DNA of 64,000 nucleotides from Trichoplax sp. H2 (taxonomy: Eukaryota), in assembly GCA_003344405.1 (NCBI GenBank), contig NOWV01000204.1:62001-126000 (forward strand), read 5' to 3'. The notes under the pieces are model-generated. The model did no database searches. It was not told the origin of the DNA and saw only the letters and a program-made list of their open reading frames with translations. Positions 39,641 to 53,500 of the stretch are shown here, in pieces (position 1 is the first letter of the stretch; each line of letters starts with the position of its first letter). A program made the translations under genes and the position numbers.

Positions 39641-42600
39641 CTACATAACTTCTTCTTTCATAGATAGAAAGTTTTGCATTTTATGATCGAAATCAATAGG
39701 TCTTTCCGTTGGCTCTTTATAATGTACCGTCATTTTCTCACTTAAATACGTAATTAATTCACAATTTTCTTCAAATTTGCGCAGCTTATCACGATACTTC
39801 TTACGTATATATTCATTATTCCTTGGGTTATTAGCTAAGAGGAATAAAAATATGTATACTATTAAGTATTGTACACATGTAAACTTGCACATGCTTGCAG
39901 ATGCGTTAATAATGTTATTAAAATGATTCTACTAGATTCTCAAAAGCTACCTTTTAGAAAATATGCCATATAAATATGGGCAGATTGATGAGCATCCAAG
40001 AATGGATGTTTCGGCTTAAATGAGCCAACAGCTGTTAATGATTTTACGGTAATTTCAGCTAATGATTGCTCGAGGTAACCCAATATAGGTAGACCGGTCA
40101 CATTTATTGGATCTAGCCGAGGAGGTAGTTTCTTTGGTAGCGTTAATCCGTGGTATTTATTTGGAAGCCTAGCATAGAGATACAAAAACGTGAGTCTGTA
40201 GCAAAGAAGTGAAAAATTTTGACTCCAATAGCACGATAAAATTTGAGATAAAAAGCAAAATCACAAGTCGGTGCACCTCATAAACTTTTCCAATTTATCT
40301 TCCGATTCAAAGGAATATATTTTACCGTCAAATTCGGCCAATAATTCTGTTTTACCAGGTATAATACTCTCATATCTGATAACAAAATTGTATTAGGTAT
40401 TATTTAAATCATACTTCTATAGCCTCGGCTAATATCATTTTCATATAGCAGTTTATCCTATTTTCATCTTTTGTAGCATTTTACCTTTGGTGACCTTCCA
40501 AATAAGTAACTGGACAATAACCCTTTAACTCAATTTCCATCGGAAATTTCGCTTTAACTTCCGCAGGAGTGCGTTTAATTGGTAATAAATGAGGTAGAGG
40601 CAAGTTGACAGGAGACTGTGGCGCAAGAAATTGTTCAGTATTATTAAGAAATTCCTGTAAAGTTTCTTCATCAGCCATTTTATAATACCGACCACGGAAT
40701 TCAGCTATAATATAAGATAAATTTTCATGAATTATGAAGTCATAGGAGCATGACCAGTAAGATCGACGTATAATGTATTTACCTCCGTATATTAATTGAT
40801 TATCGCTATAACAGTCGCGTAACTCTCCTCGATTAACTAAACTAACTGGGCAATAATGCCGATATTCTCCAAGGCGAGCCTCACATTCTTCAGGCGTTAT
40901 GCAAAGATTAGCAATAGGTGCAGCCAGACCTACAAGAAAAATACGTAACAGTTGCTGTTAGTATACCTTTATTGCTATGTATGTTTTCCGTGTTTAATAT
41001 TCTTACCACTGTGGGATTAATAACAATTTTTTTACCTTTAGAAATTCTTTCGGTGTATATTTGGATTTGTTGAATACTTTTTATGGCAATTTCGGAAGCG
41101 GTATTCCATACTAACCATTTAGATGCTTGGCCATTGATAGGATACCAGTTGAAATGACGTTTATGGTACCATTGTTTCACCGGTATAACTACTTTTCTCC
41201 AATATTTCAATCTTAAGCTAAATATTCTGGAGCTGTCGTGTAATGGTAACACTCTGTATAGATGAGGGAAATAGTTAGTAGAATATCTTTAATTTGCGGT
41301 AACACAGATTAATACTATATATATATATGTAACATAACAATATATATAATATCATTTTGAAACGGTAGGGAGTTTTTACCTATCTTTGGAACGGCGGTCC
41401 ATAGCAGCTCGACGTTTTAGCTCTTTATCTTCAACATCAAGCTCAATAATTTTAACTGGAAGAATTTTTCGTTCATTCATTAATTCAACTTGTTTCTTGG
41501 TACTAGGGAAACCATCTAACACAAATCTATTTAAGCAAATGGACATAATTATTTATTTTGACAGACCAGATTATTTAAGGTTTTTATAACAAAATTAATT
41601 AACTTTAAAATATAGTTTATATATTTTATTTTATTACCCTCTAGTTTGACATGTTACATTCAGTAAGGCATTTTCTAACGCTTGAATGCCTAAAGCATCA
41701 GGTACAGTTTGTCCGACGTAAAGATATTCATTTATTTCCTTTGCTAAGGTGCTTGTACTTTGCTTCTCCAACACTAATCGTATGGCTTCTCCCATCGATA
41801 ATCTCAAAACTCCATAGTCTGCTACAAATCGATTAGCAACTACAAGAAATTGTGATAATAATTATTAACTTGTTAATGGCATTGAAATCCTTAACATAAT
41901 AGCGAGTATGAAAGGCATGGAGTAGATTATTGGATCCTTCAACAGTACGCTGCAGTAAATTATTACTCATTTTTATTTACTATCAGATCAAAACTTACGT
42001 GTTGTTTTGCCGGATTTAGGTGGGCCAACAATAGCTATTTGGAAAGGTATAACTGGACCTGGTGGAGATTGATGGATGTATTTGAGAGGATTATCTACGA
42101 ATCGTTGTCTTGCATCTTCAGATGAAAGGTAATAAACATGAGAACGATGGACAACAGGATAAGTTGATACACCAGGACCATGCAACGGCTGCACAACTTC
42201 CTTATCGAACAGCTACATTTAGATACCAAGTCAAAAAGAGATATAATTTTAAGTATATTATCTCCGATACTGAAAGGCTTGCGATAAAATACTAACTTTA
42301 ACTGGACACCACCATCCAAATTGGCTAGATTGCTTATATCCTGTTTCAATTATTTGCCTTGAAAGCCTAAAGTCAACGGGATGACACTTTTCCAATAGGC
42401 TTGTACGATTTTCAGTGTAGGGCTTGAGCAGTTTATTTAAGAGATAACGAACAATGTGAGGTTTACGGCCAGAAGTTACTTCAGATTTTGGCATCCAGAC
42501 CTCTTCCATTGCTTCCTGTTATAGTTATAACGAAAAGCATGTCAACAATTTAAACTTATACACTCTACTTCACCCTAATAATACAATGTTAGCTAGCAGT

Positions 42601-45600
42601 ATACCTGGACTAAACTTAAGCGATTCATATCGTCATCATATCGTTCTAATAAAACTGCTTTCAGTCGATCTCTGGCATCATCTTCAGCTTCTTCTTCTTC
42701 TTCTTCTTCTTCTTCTTCCTCTCCTAGCTCTTCTTCTAATAGAGCATCGACATCTTCCTCGTCCTCTTCATCTTCATCTTCTTCTTCACTATCTGATATG
42801 TCCGAATCACCATCTTCTCGCTTACGTTGTAACCGTTCTTCCCGCTCAGCTTGCCTGGCTGCTCTTTCAGCCTGTAATCAATTCATTTATCGTGTTACGT
42901 GTACATTCAATTTATATACCTATTTAATCTACTAAAGAAATTGTTCGTTTTTGTTAGCCCTAACATAGCTCACTTTTACCTCACGTTCTCGTTTCCTCTC
43001 AGCAATTTCAACTAGTTTCTCTTCACGCCTTTGTTGATATTCTTCTTCCTAATGATCGCATCGACAAGATGATTGAATAAGGTTAATGATAAAATTATCA
43101 TGGTAATAATTAATCTGTAAAAATTAAAACGCGACATACATATAAATATTGTATTATATTTACCTTTAACTTTCGTAGTCTTTCTTTTTCTTTTTCTCGC
43201 TTCTCAATTCTCTTATTCCGTTTAGTTTGCCACCTTTCCATCAGGGGAGGTAGTAACCGATCCATTACATCGGAATCATCAACACTTAAAATTATGATTA
43301 TATCAGGGTAAAATCCTGCTTGCGCCATATAACGAACTTGATTTGAGGTACGTGGGAATCCTTCTAAAATAAAACCCTTTTTGCTGCAGTGTAAAGGGTA
43401 CGAAAGATAAATTTGTTTCAATGAAAATGCGCTAAAGAATAGCTAAACAATACCATTTCTATAGAATCACCAACATTATTAAGGTTTGTAGACCTTAGCA
43501 CATTTTTAGGATATTAATTACTTAGAATCAATAATAATATAATTTTAGTTCTATTTAGGGTAGGACTAACCGAAATGGGTCTTCGTCCCACCAAGGCTGA
43601 ATAACTTTATCTAAAGTTTCGTCAGGAATAGGCTCATCATCTGCTAGATAAGCTCTTATTGCGTCTTCATCCTCATCTAGTTCAAGTTCATCATCTTCTT
43701 CTTCACCCTCCTCTTCAATGATTCCACCCCGTGCATTATTAGCTTCCGCATTTGCTTTATCTTCATTGCTTGGTGCTATGTCTTCAATTAGTTCTTCTAC
43801 ATCATAACATAAGAAAAAGTTATTGATGTGTACTGACGAAATTGTCAAGATCTGTATGTTAATTATAACATACCATTGTCATGTTCTGAAATATCGTCTT
43901 GTAATTCTTCTTCTAGTTCATCAACAATTCGCTTCTGAGTTTTGGTAATAATCAATTCTTGTAATCGTTCGCGGAACGTAATGTGAAATATTCCAAGTTG
44001 TTTACTCAACGTGCGACCATAAAATGTTTTACCACTTCCTCGAGGTCCAATAATACAAATCCTTAACGGGGGAGGCTAACAATACAAGGCGCAGATAAGT
44101 ATAATTTTAATTTAAGTAAGCAAAAGCTAAATGATGGAGAAATTTTAAGCTCAAGAAATTATAAAGTTTTACCTGTAAAGGCTTGCCATTTGATAGAAAT
44201 AAATTTGGATTGTCCAAAAACTGAGTTCTAGCATCATTGGATATAAAAAAGTAGGTATGCTCACGGAATCGAACTGCGGTATCTGGCGCGCCAGGGTGTA
44301 AAATATTGCGCTCTTTTAGAGTTACAGGACAGTAATGGCGTGTTTCACCAAAATTTTTACGCCCGCCGCCAGGGATTGTAAGATCATCCTCTTCATCTTC
44401 AAAATCTTCTTCTTCTTCATCTAAATCGATACCGGTATATTCCCACGGTTGATGTTCAAATTGATCTATGACATACATACGCGCAAGGTTTTACATAGAT
44501 GTTGCGATTACAATTTAATAAATGAGGAAAAATAAATGTACTACTAGTACATTAAAAATATAGCTACTTACATTCTACTTGTTTAATAAATTCATCACTT
44601 TGTTCTGCAAGATCAAGTTCACAAGGCACATGAATTGGATCGATCCCTAAGCCTTTGATTGATGGAAGGACATGAGACCAGTCGCGGTCAAAGAATTGTC
44701 TTGTTGTAACTTGTGCATGCCATTCAGGACATTCCGGTGGCATCATTCCCTAATATAAATTAAATGAATAGATCGTCATTGATAGGGATATATTAGTTTA
44801 TTTCCTTCTAAATTTCAGCTAAATCAATTCATTCTTATTAGTTTACCTCCTCTGGTATCTTGTCTAATGCACTCATGAGAGTTTTTTCAAACTCTTCATC
44901 ATCTCCAAGATCACCTATTCTTGACAATGATGCTTTTAATCGAATTTCTTCATCAATTAAAGCGTCTTCCTGAGCTTTAGCTAAATCTAATTTTGCTTTG
45001 GCTTCATCTTCATCGTCTTCGTCATCTTCATCTTCTTTTTTAGATTCGCGGTCTCTTTCATTTGATCCTAATGTAAAAATGAATATTGTATAGTAAGATA
45101 ATTATTACCGATATGTACAGAACTTATCTTATAATTTCTTGATTTTATAAAGTTGTAATACCAGTATCTTCTTCTTCTTTACCGTCTTTGTCACCATCTT
45201 GATCATTACGCTCTTGCTTATCTCGTAATTCTTTTTTCTTGTCAGTAATCTCTAATAGACGTTTAACAATTTCTTCTCGATCTTTTTTTGACTTTTCGCG
45301 ACGTGCAATCTCTATTACTTTTTTACTCTCACATTCTTCACTCACTCTATTTACTATAGCCTCGCGATTATTTTTGAACCATCGCTTGGCTAAGACACTT
45401 TGATCTCCGCTATCATCCATAAATATCACATCATCAGGGATTAATCCACGATCAGCCATCAATGACCACTCATCTCTTGATCTAGGAAAGTTGTCCAGAA
45501 TCCAGCTACCGAAGCTAAAAAAATATATTATCCTCAGTATTAATTCACCTCTAGAATACCAATCATGTTATTCATTTTCCTTAATAGTACACAGCATACA

Positions 45601-48600
45601 AGAATAAAAATTAATTATACGCTTATTGGGCTTACATCTGCCCATTGCTGTCGGGGGATTCTTGCAATTCTGTTGATCTTTCAATTATAGCATCTTCAAT
45701 TGCATCCGCGTACATCTCAGGTGTGACTCGAATTGAATCTGTATTGAAATTTTCCATTGTACTATTGACTAAAGCAACTACTTCCGGATGATCCGGTCCT
45801 ATTTCTTGTTCATCAATTACTTCATCATCGATTGGATCATCTACTTCTTCGTCATTTCCTTCGTCATCTGAAGCATTTGATGTACCTACGGTTGACAAAA
45901 TCATTTTTCAGTAAAATATTTAATTGCTATATAATAGTAATGATCTAGTTTAGGACTAGCATTAATAGTAAGAGCAAATATCAAGACTTTAAAATACAGG
46001 TTATACTTTTAGAAGACAATCTTCGCTCTTTCTGGGAAGCTCTTTCAGCTTCAAATTGCTGATTAGATTTAACAACTGATATAGCGTTCGCCAGTGCTTC
46101 TTCTTTTGCTTGTTTATAGAGATTATCTTTAACTGTTTGAAGATGTGGTTTAACTAATTCTTCAGCACTTAATACCTGTATTACCCACATTGTAAGTGCA
46201 TAGCCATTAGAATATACTAGTTATGAATATAAGCATTATTATTTATTTATTATAGAAATAAAAACCTTAGCGTTTAATTTATTCGCTATAGATTTGGACA
46301 AAATCGTTTTTCCAGAACCAGGCGGGCCTAATACAGCCAATTTGCAAGGAATTTTAGGTAGTGGGGGTAGTAAGTAAGGCCTTGGATTTTTCATAAAAGC
46401 GTCCAGTGCTTCTTGAGAGGACATAAAAAACATCTGTCCGAGGAAACTAATAAATATAATTTTGATAGTTATTATGTACAGTTATAGAAGCTGCACTAAG
46501 AATATCAGTTGAAGCTTTAAAATAGCATAAAGGGGTTTATTATTTACTCTATAATTACTATATATGCCTTCAATAGGGCATTGAGGTATAATTATATTGT
46601 AAATTTATAATAACTAAGTATCTTGATTACGTAAAATGAAATCATTTATATTGTCATAAGAATTATAAATGATGCCATTAAATTATAGCTACGCCAAACA
46701 CTGCATAAATATAAAGTATAGTATTGTATGTTGCATTCTACGATTAAAACAGTAACTTGAAGTTATTGCATTTCATATTACGGTATACATTATTAAAATA
46801 CTCTTGCTGTTCATTTCACTACAATTAACAGTTACTATGTAGTGTGTACAAGTGGAAGAGTAGTATTACCTAACGCCAAATTCGGGCTTGCCCATGACAA
46901 TATTGCCCTGTCTCAATGCTACAGGACAAGCTCTTCCCCAACGACTTCTTCGCCACCTAAATCGTGGTGCTAACATATTTACAACTCCCATTGTTCTCAT
47001 TAAATCATCATTGTCTATGTCATCTTGTGGGATTTCGTCTTCATCATTTTGTAGTCTTGTTGGTACAATCACAGAACGAAGCTCGAAAGTACTGAGTTTT
47101 GCTAGTAAGGCCTACAATTTGCATTGAGTATTATGCAAATGATTAAGAATTTGTAAAATTTTAGTGTTTTTTTGAATTGCTTAATGCTATTTTAGTGTAT
47201 ATATATATATATACATATAAAAATATATTTATTTATATGGTGGATGTGTATATATAAATAATTTTTACGAACGATCTAACCAACCTTAAATAGTTCAATT
47301 GGAGCCAATTTAGCATCCAGTTCAATTAAATATTGCCTATCATGATCTGCCATATAATCCTATAACATTTTGAAGGGAGATAAAATATCGGTTCACAATT
47401 TGAAGTAATTCGATTATAAATTATTGATGATTTTTTGATATCTTTAGTAAATACCTCTAGTGGCCTTAAAAGAATTTCTTTGTAATATTTAATGCTGTGC
47501 AGAATACGAGGAGAAAAATCTTCAGGCCTTCTAACTAATCTTTCGACTACTTCTTCAGTAAGTTCACCAATCATACTAAATACCTGTTAATAAAACAAAA
47601 CTTACCATTAAAATCATAACGTTTATTTTTTAAACATTCTGGATGGGACAGTTGATAGTTATATTTAGCTATTATCATTTAGCAAACTGCATACATCCTC
47701 TTCTATAATTTCGCCGCTAGTGATAGAATCCTCTTCATCTATTTCTTCTTCTTCTTCCTCAATACTCTCCTCTTCGTTATCTAAACTTTCATCTATTAAC
47801 CGCTGGGGTTCATAGACTTCTTTTACGAAGACTTCATTGGTAACCGGATCAACTTTGAGATTAAGCCGACGATGATATAAATCCTGATCTGGAATCTGTA
47901 TTGAAAGTAAATTACTATTGTAAGCGTTATGGTAACTTTGTAATTTAGTAGAGAAATTTATAGTTGATCGTCTATCCAGTGCAACCTTTAAGTTAATGAT
48001 AAAGTCCGGTTTTAAAGGCCAAGACTGTATCGATTGTATCTGTTTTGCTGGGGTCATCCATTCGTTTGATGCAGACGGAAAATCATCCAAAACATACCCT
48101 GTAGTGATATTATTATAATTGTTATAATAACTCTTGGTAAAATTGGCAGACTTTGAATTAAAAGTTTTAGTAATGGACAACAGTTAACAGATATGACGTA
48201 ATTACGTATTTTAATTAACAAATTTACCATGATGTTGCACTTCTGGAGATTCTAACTTATTTAACAAAATTTCCATTGCTAATTCTTCTGGCACACTGTC
48301 GCCATTGAGTAACAACTGCTTAGCCTAGATAATACAAGAAATTGATATTCAATTGGCATTAATTTAGCTCTTTAACTATAAAGATGAGTTTGATGGTAGC
48401 TTGACCAACCTTTAGGCCAAGCACAGTTTCTTCCTTTATCGCTTCTTCAAGCGTTTGAGTACAATTTACCAAGATGCATTTCCAAGTCTTGGCTAATCTT
48501 AACGCCAATGTGGTCTTGCCAGAACCCTAATGTGTGCAATCGTTGAAGCTCTCAGCTAACTTAGCCTAGTATATGGCATACTTTGTGCAGAGGTACTTAC

Positions 48601-48948
48601 CGGTTTCCCAATAATGATAAAACAGGTTGGTTTAGTAGTTAAGACGTTCTTGAAAACCTATAGGAGGTAAACTTTAGCTTAGAGATATTCACATTTTTGA
48701 TGCGATAAAAATTTCGGTTATGAACAATATTGATATTTGGATCATGATTCTACTGTAACTGTATACAGGTTATGCGCAAAAAGAGTATGGTATATTTTAA
48801 TTTATCTATTGCACGGAAAATCAAATTAAAGTAACTAAACAACATTAATACCTTCAGGCATTTGGAGTAATTATGATGATTATTATAAACTAACCTTATC
48901 ATCGTCGTATTCATCCACCATTTTTTGGTTGAAAATATTACTGTCCAT
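39641..48948 (-). CDS. AK9: Adenylate kinase 9 (multi-AK-domain, YHS-like domains), about 30 exons
   Basis: First exon 48895-48948 (MDSNIFNQKMVDEYDDDK), then KPTCFIIIGKP|GSGKTTLA. P-loops GPPGSGKT, GPRGSGKT and GPPKSGKT. Motifs RWRRSRWGRACPVAL, FGETRHYCPV, GFILEGFPR and LKGYCPVTY. C-terminus KYRDKLRKFEENCELITYL..PIDFDHKMQNFLSM, stop at 39641. All match human AK9 as recalled. Confidence 0.95.
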
Positions 48949-49429
48949 GATTTAATAAATCATACTATCGATTTTGCTGATCCTGTGATCGAAAAGACGC
49001 GTACATTCAATTCAGATGAGTAGTACTATGACCATCGTTGAGGGTAATTTAGTGCAATTTATTTAATATTAAATTAGGTTTAGCATTACGCTACTGTACT
49101 GTAGATAGGTAATAAAACAAGAAATTATGATAAACTAGTTGTATTCAATGATCAAATAGATTAAGTGTCTGTAAAATTTTCGAATTTGTATCATTGAGTT
49201 TCTACCACCATCAATTGATCCAGTATACATACAAACATGAACGCAATCTTCATCAAGCTACCTTACCAATTATTTTATCAGTGATGGAAGGTATCGCTTT
49301 TAGCCAACTATGCTAGATTGATTATCCACTTTTTGCCAAGGAATAATTTACTCTTGTATATTACAAACGTTGTCAGGCTTGGGCTGATGTATGCTCTTCC
49401 CAGCTTGTCCACTATTCTGTATATACGTG

Positions 49430-49443
49430 GTTACTATAGAAAC
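49430..49443. promoter_or_regulatory. RFX X-box upstream of AK9
   Basis: GTTACTATAGAAAC fits the X-box consensus GYTNYY-AT-RRNAAC, ~480 bp upstream of the AK9 ATG. AK9 is a cilia/flagella-associated gene. Confidence 0.7.
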
Positions 49444-49509
49444 CAACTTGGTCTTGCTGACGGACTACGCGACTAACGCGAGTGTTCACTGTTCAGTGTT
49501 CAGTAGTCA

Positions 49510-49960
49510 GGAAAGCGTACTACAGTACAGTATACCGTACGGTACATTATTGTTCATTGCACACTGTATTGTACACTGTACACTGTACAGTACTGATTCG
49601 ACTCAGTTGGAACAGTCATAGTGCCCGTGATAGAAGATCTTGGCGTCTGCCTAGCCTGAGTCCTGTACAGTGTACAGTGTACACTGTACAGTACTGATTC
49701 GACTCAGTTGGGACAGTCCTAGCGTACAGTAATTCCGTCTGCCTAGCCTGAGAGTCCTGTACTGTACACTGTAGTGACTGTACAGTACAGTACATTACTG
49801 TACTAGCTTGAGTCTAATGCTATTCCTGTACAGTGTACAGTACACAGTACACTGTAAATTGAAGATGTACTGTAAGGGTTTGTACTGTACTGTGTTCACT
49901 GTGTACAGTACAGTACAGTACAGCACACTGTAGTACACAGTACTAGGGACCTTTATTAAA
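49510..49960. repeat. (TACAG/CTGTA/TACAC)-rich low-complexity tract containing a 101 bp tandem duplication
   Basis: Dense TACAGTACAG / TACACTGTACAG runs. TACTGATTCGACTCAGTTGG at 49591 and 49692. Confidence 0.9.
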
Positions 49961-50042
49961 GTACAAAGTACTCTAAGGAAATTCTTTTCCATCTGTGTTG
50001 TGGCTAATTCCAGGCGTCCGTCAATCCCTCAACTTGCCTCAT

Positions 50043-50185
50043 TCAGAATGCATCAAACTCCGTTATATCACTTATATACCTCGCTGAAATGATTGTGAAA
50101 TGGTATTACTATAGAATGTAATGCATTTGTAGAGCTATTTCAGCCAAGAATACTTCTATAGTACAACGAGTTCGATGCATTCTGA
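50043..50185. other. Imperfect long inverted repeat (~145 nt hairpin; MITE-like or structured RNA)
   Basis: TCAGAATGCATCAAACTCCGTT (50043-50064) pairs with AACGAGTTCGATGCATTCTGA (50165-50185). Inner GCTGAAAT pairs with ATTTCAGC, and AAATG.TATTAC with GTAATGCATTT. Confidence 0.7.
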
Positions 50186-50546
50186 CTGCGAGCTAGCGTA
50201 CTGCATAACATCTTCGATTGCCAAATTCTACGCTAGTACGACAATCTTGCATATCGTCCAGTACTGAACTTCGCAGGTCTTGTGTACAGTCTACTGCAGT
50301 ACACTCAGTACGCAGTACTGTATCGAGCAGTACAGTAGCGACTAGTGACTACGGATGTCGGAATACAGGACACCGGTCGACCACTAGGCAAATCGAGTGG
50401 TTCTGTCTATCTAGTCTGTCCATGGCTCTTGACAGTGTCGTCATGCGTGTACAGTACTGTGTGCAGTAGTGTGTGTCGGTCAAACGTTGAAGTCGAAGGG
50501 ATGCTGTTGAGTTTCGAATCTCCTTTTCGTCAGAAAGTGTGCAACG

Positions 50547-53500
50547 ATGGATGATGGCAAAATTCCATGCCTTCTGTGCAATCAATTATTTCGTCATAAG
50601 GAAGAACTGCAAGATCATATGCAAAGCAATTACTCGTTAACTATTAATAGCATAGAATGCGTAGCTGATTTATCCAGGTAACAACTACTGTATAGTGAAG
50701 TCATTTAGACGGCGATGAAGTCGACATGAATACAGTACATCAGTACACCATTGCTACCAGCTAAAATTTGATTGCATCACTTACAGTCCCAATATACTCG
50801 CTATTCGATAGAAGAACTCTGTTGCTACCATGCTTGCGTAATAATGATGATGTATGCTAGTGAAATGCTATAGTTGACAATTTAGAATGGGTAGTAAGTG
50901 CTAGATGTGACAATGAATGATACGCGTATCATTATAATAAATGAATGAATGATTGATTCATCATGGCTAGCTTCTGTCCTCCTTGCAAGCCACGTAATCT
51001 CATGTTGACCAATGATGGATGTACTTGCTCCATGTTATGCCTATATTTTGCTATCAAGGATATCACTGTCATGATGATATTGTATGGTTTGAATAGTATT
51101 GATGCAAAAGCTTGGATAGGTCTGCTATTCGGTTACGGTGTAGGAAAGCATAGTGTTAGTCGTAGGCGTAGGTATATTATTAATTACGAGTAATTATTGT
51201 ACTACATTACTAGCCTGACCTACAAAAGAATACAAACCATATTACTTTGGAATGGATGTTCTACTCAGTATACAGTTCTAGCTGTTATTCGGTCTAGCAC
51301 AAGCATAGTAAAATCAAGTTCATCTAGGTTGCATTGTATACTATTACATTGAATAACATTGGATGGTACTAAGGTAGTTATCACTTGAAGATTGCTGACA
51401 AGAAGCAATGTTATTATGCCACATATCGCAAAGTTCATACATTACGCGTATTACTGTACTATTGGATACGACTATGATTGAAGATGGCAATTTTTCGGTG
51501 AGAATAGGTATTTAAAGTATTGGAAAGACAGATTAACCATAGATAATTTCAAGGACCTTCTACCGTTCGATCATCAAATAGGTAAAATCTATAATTTAAG
51601 ATGCATTATTTTGCAATTTACTAGTAACTAGCAGTATAATTAATTGATTCTTTACATGTGTACGTACAAACTATAAGAGCTGTATGTGTTAGGCCGTGAT
51701 AATGAAGATGACTGCAATCTTAGAGAGAAATTAAAAAAGGATACTCTGGTGAGTCTATGTAGAAGTTGTGCAATCTTACCGAAATAAAGCTTTTCAGAAG
51801 CATAATACGAGCTTTGAATGAAATCTCACTATCCCGAGTAACTTTAGATAAAAATTTTATCGTGATGTATGTCAGCTTGAAATTGAAATGTTAGACCGTA
51901 TCACAATGCTTGTCATGCGGTATTTCCTATTATGACCTTTGCTGGTAATGACTAGACTTTAAGTGCGACAGTTGATCTCTTTTTCAATTTGTTGTATACG
52001 AGTAGTTAGCTGCCTTAGCTCAACAAGAACGAGAAAGGATGGACAGTGAACGGATGCTATCGTGTTTATTTTGTAAAAAATTATCAACTAGCAAAAGGTA
52101 CTGCTGGTTAGCAAGTTAAATAGTTATCATCGAATGTTGGTCTAAAATATCTTGAAATTATTTCTAGTAATCAGCTTATTAAGTATAAAAATTCCAGAAC
52201 TTATAGAATGTCTATTCTTTGAAATGAAATAGAAAGGAGTTACTAAATCATATGAATGAAGAGCATGCGTTTAATTTAGGCTTACCAGATAATCTAGGTA
52301 ACCCTTGGTGACTACAGTATTATGATTTTATTGCTATAGTTTCAATACATGGTGCCTCATAGGTTATTATAAATGCTCTTCATAGAGCTAACCCTTCAAA
52401 GCTGACTTTTATCAATTACGTTTTAACAGTTTACGTAGATCAGTTTTTAACCATCTTGAAATATAAGCTAGAACGGTATGATATTTTATTTTGTACGTTT
52501 ACTTGGATTGCTTTCTACAGTGTAAAAGGATTAATCTCAATTCGAAATATAAGTAATGAAAATTATTTTCTCGTAGATTTATTTGTTTATATTGCGAAAG
52601 AACTTTCCGCGATTCTACCACGTTGAAAGACCACATGAGAAAGAAAAGGCATAGAAAAATTAATGCCAATAACAAGGAATACGATAAATTTTATATTATT
52701 AATTATCTGGTAAGTACAGTACTCTTATATACCAAAATTCAAGAACTTGGAAATTTCCTTTTAGATTTACAAGTAAATAGACAGTATCATTACTAGCAAG
52801 TTAAAAATACAGACTGTGCTGCACTGCATTAAATAGGATCCTGGTAAAGGTTGGAAGAATATTCAAGAAGAAGAGAACAGACAAGATGACAACGATACAG
52901 ACAACTCGGATGAGTGAGAGACTTTTATAGCTAATTTGCAGTTATATAGGGGATAACTGACTATCTCATTAAAGTTTTGCTATAACCTTTCTGCAGGGAG
53001 TGGAGCGATGAATCTATCGATCAGGCTGCAAACGCTTCATGTTTGTTCTGTGATTTGACTTCCCAAGTCAATGATGTTGTCGTCCACTTGAACGTAAGGT
53101 TACTCATATAAGTTCTATAATATGGTAATTTTTAAACTTACTTACTGTCCGTAATCATTAGGATTTTCACAATTTTAATATTTCTGGTCTTGTGAAACAA
53201 TTCGGTAAGAAACTATACTATATCTATACAAGAGTATAAATAAAGAAATAGTGTAGTCCAATAATTTAATTTCCATAGATTCGAATAGAGCTATGTTACA
53301 ATATTCTCGTGTGTATTTGGACTCATAGGACTAAATATTTACGAACAGATAAAACTAATTAACTACTTACGATTAAAGGTAAGTCATGCAAGTAATAGCT
53401 CAATGAAAAATATTATTTGTACGAGATGCGTGAATCTATGTTAATGCCGATTTCTGTAACCGATAAAATTTAGATTTAGTTTATTAATGATTATAGAAAT

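Noticed and set aside
42586..42927. Plus-strand Leu/His-rich ORF and (CTT)n microsatellite
   Set aside because: Antisense shadow of an acidic poly-Glu AK9 exon.
49391..49992. ORFs rich in Y/C/T/V/S (also 60033-60305)
   Set aside because: Translations of the TACAG/CTGTA low-complexity tracts.
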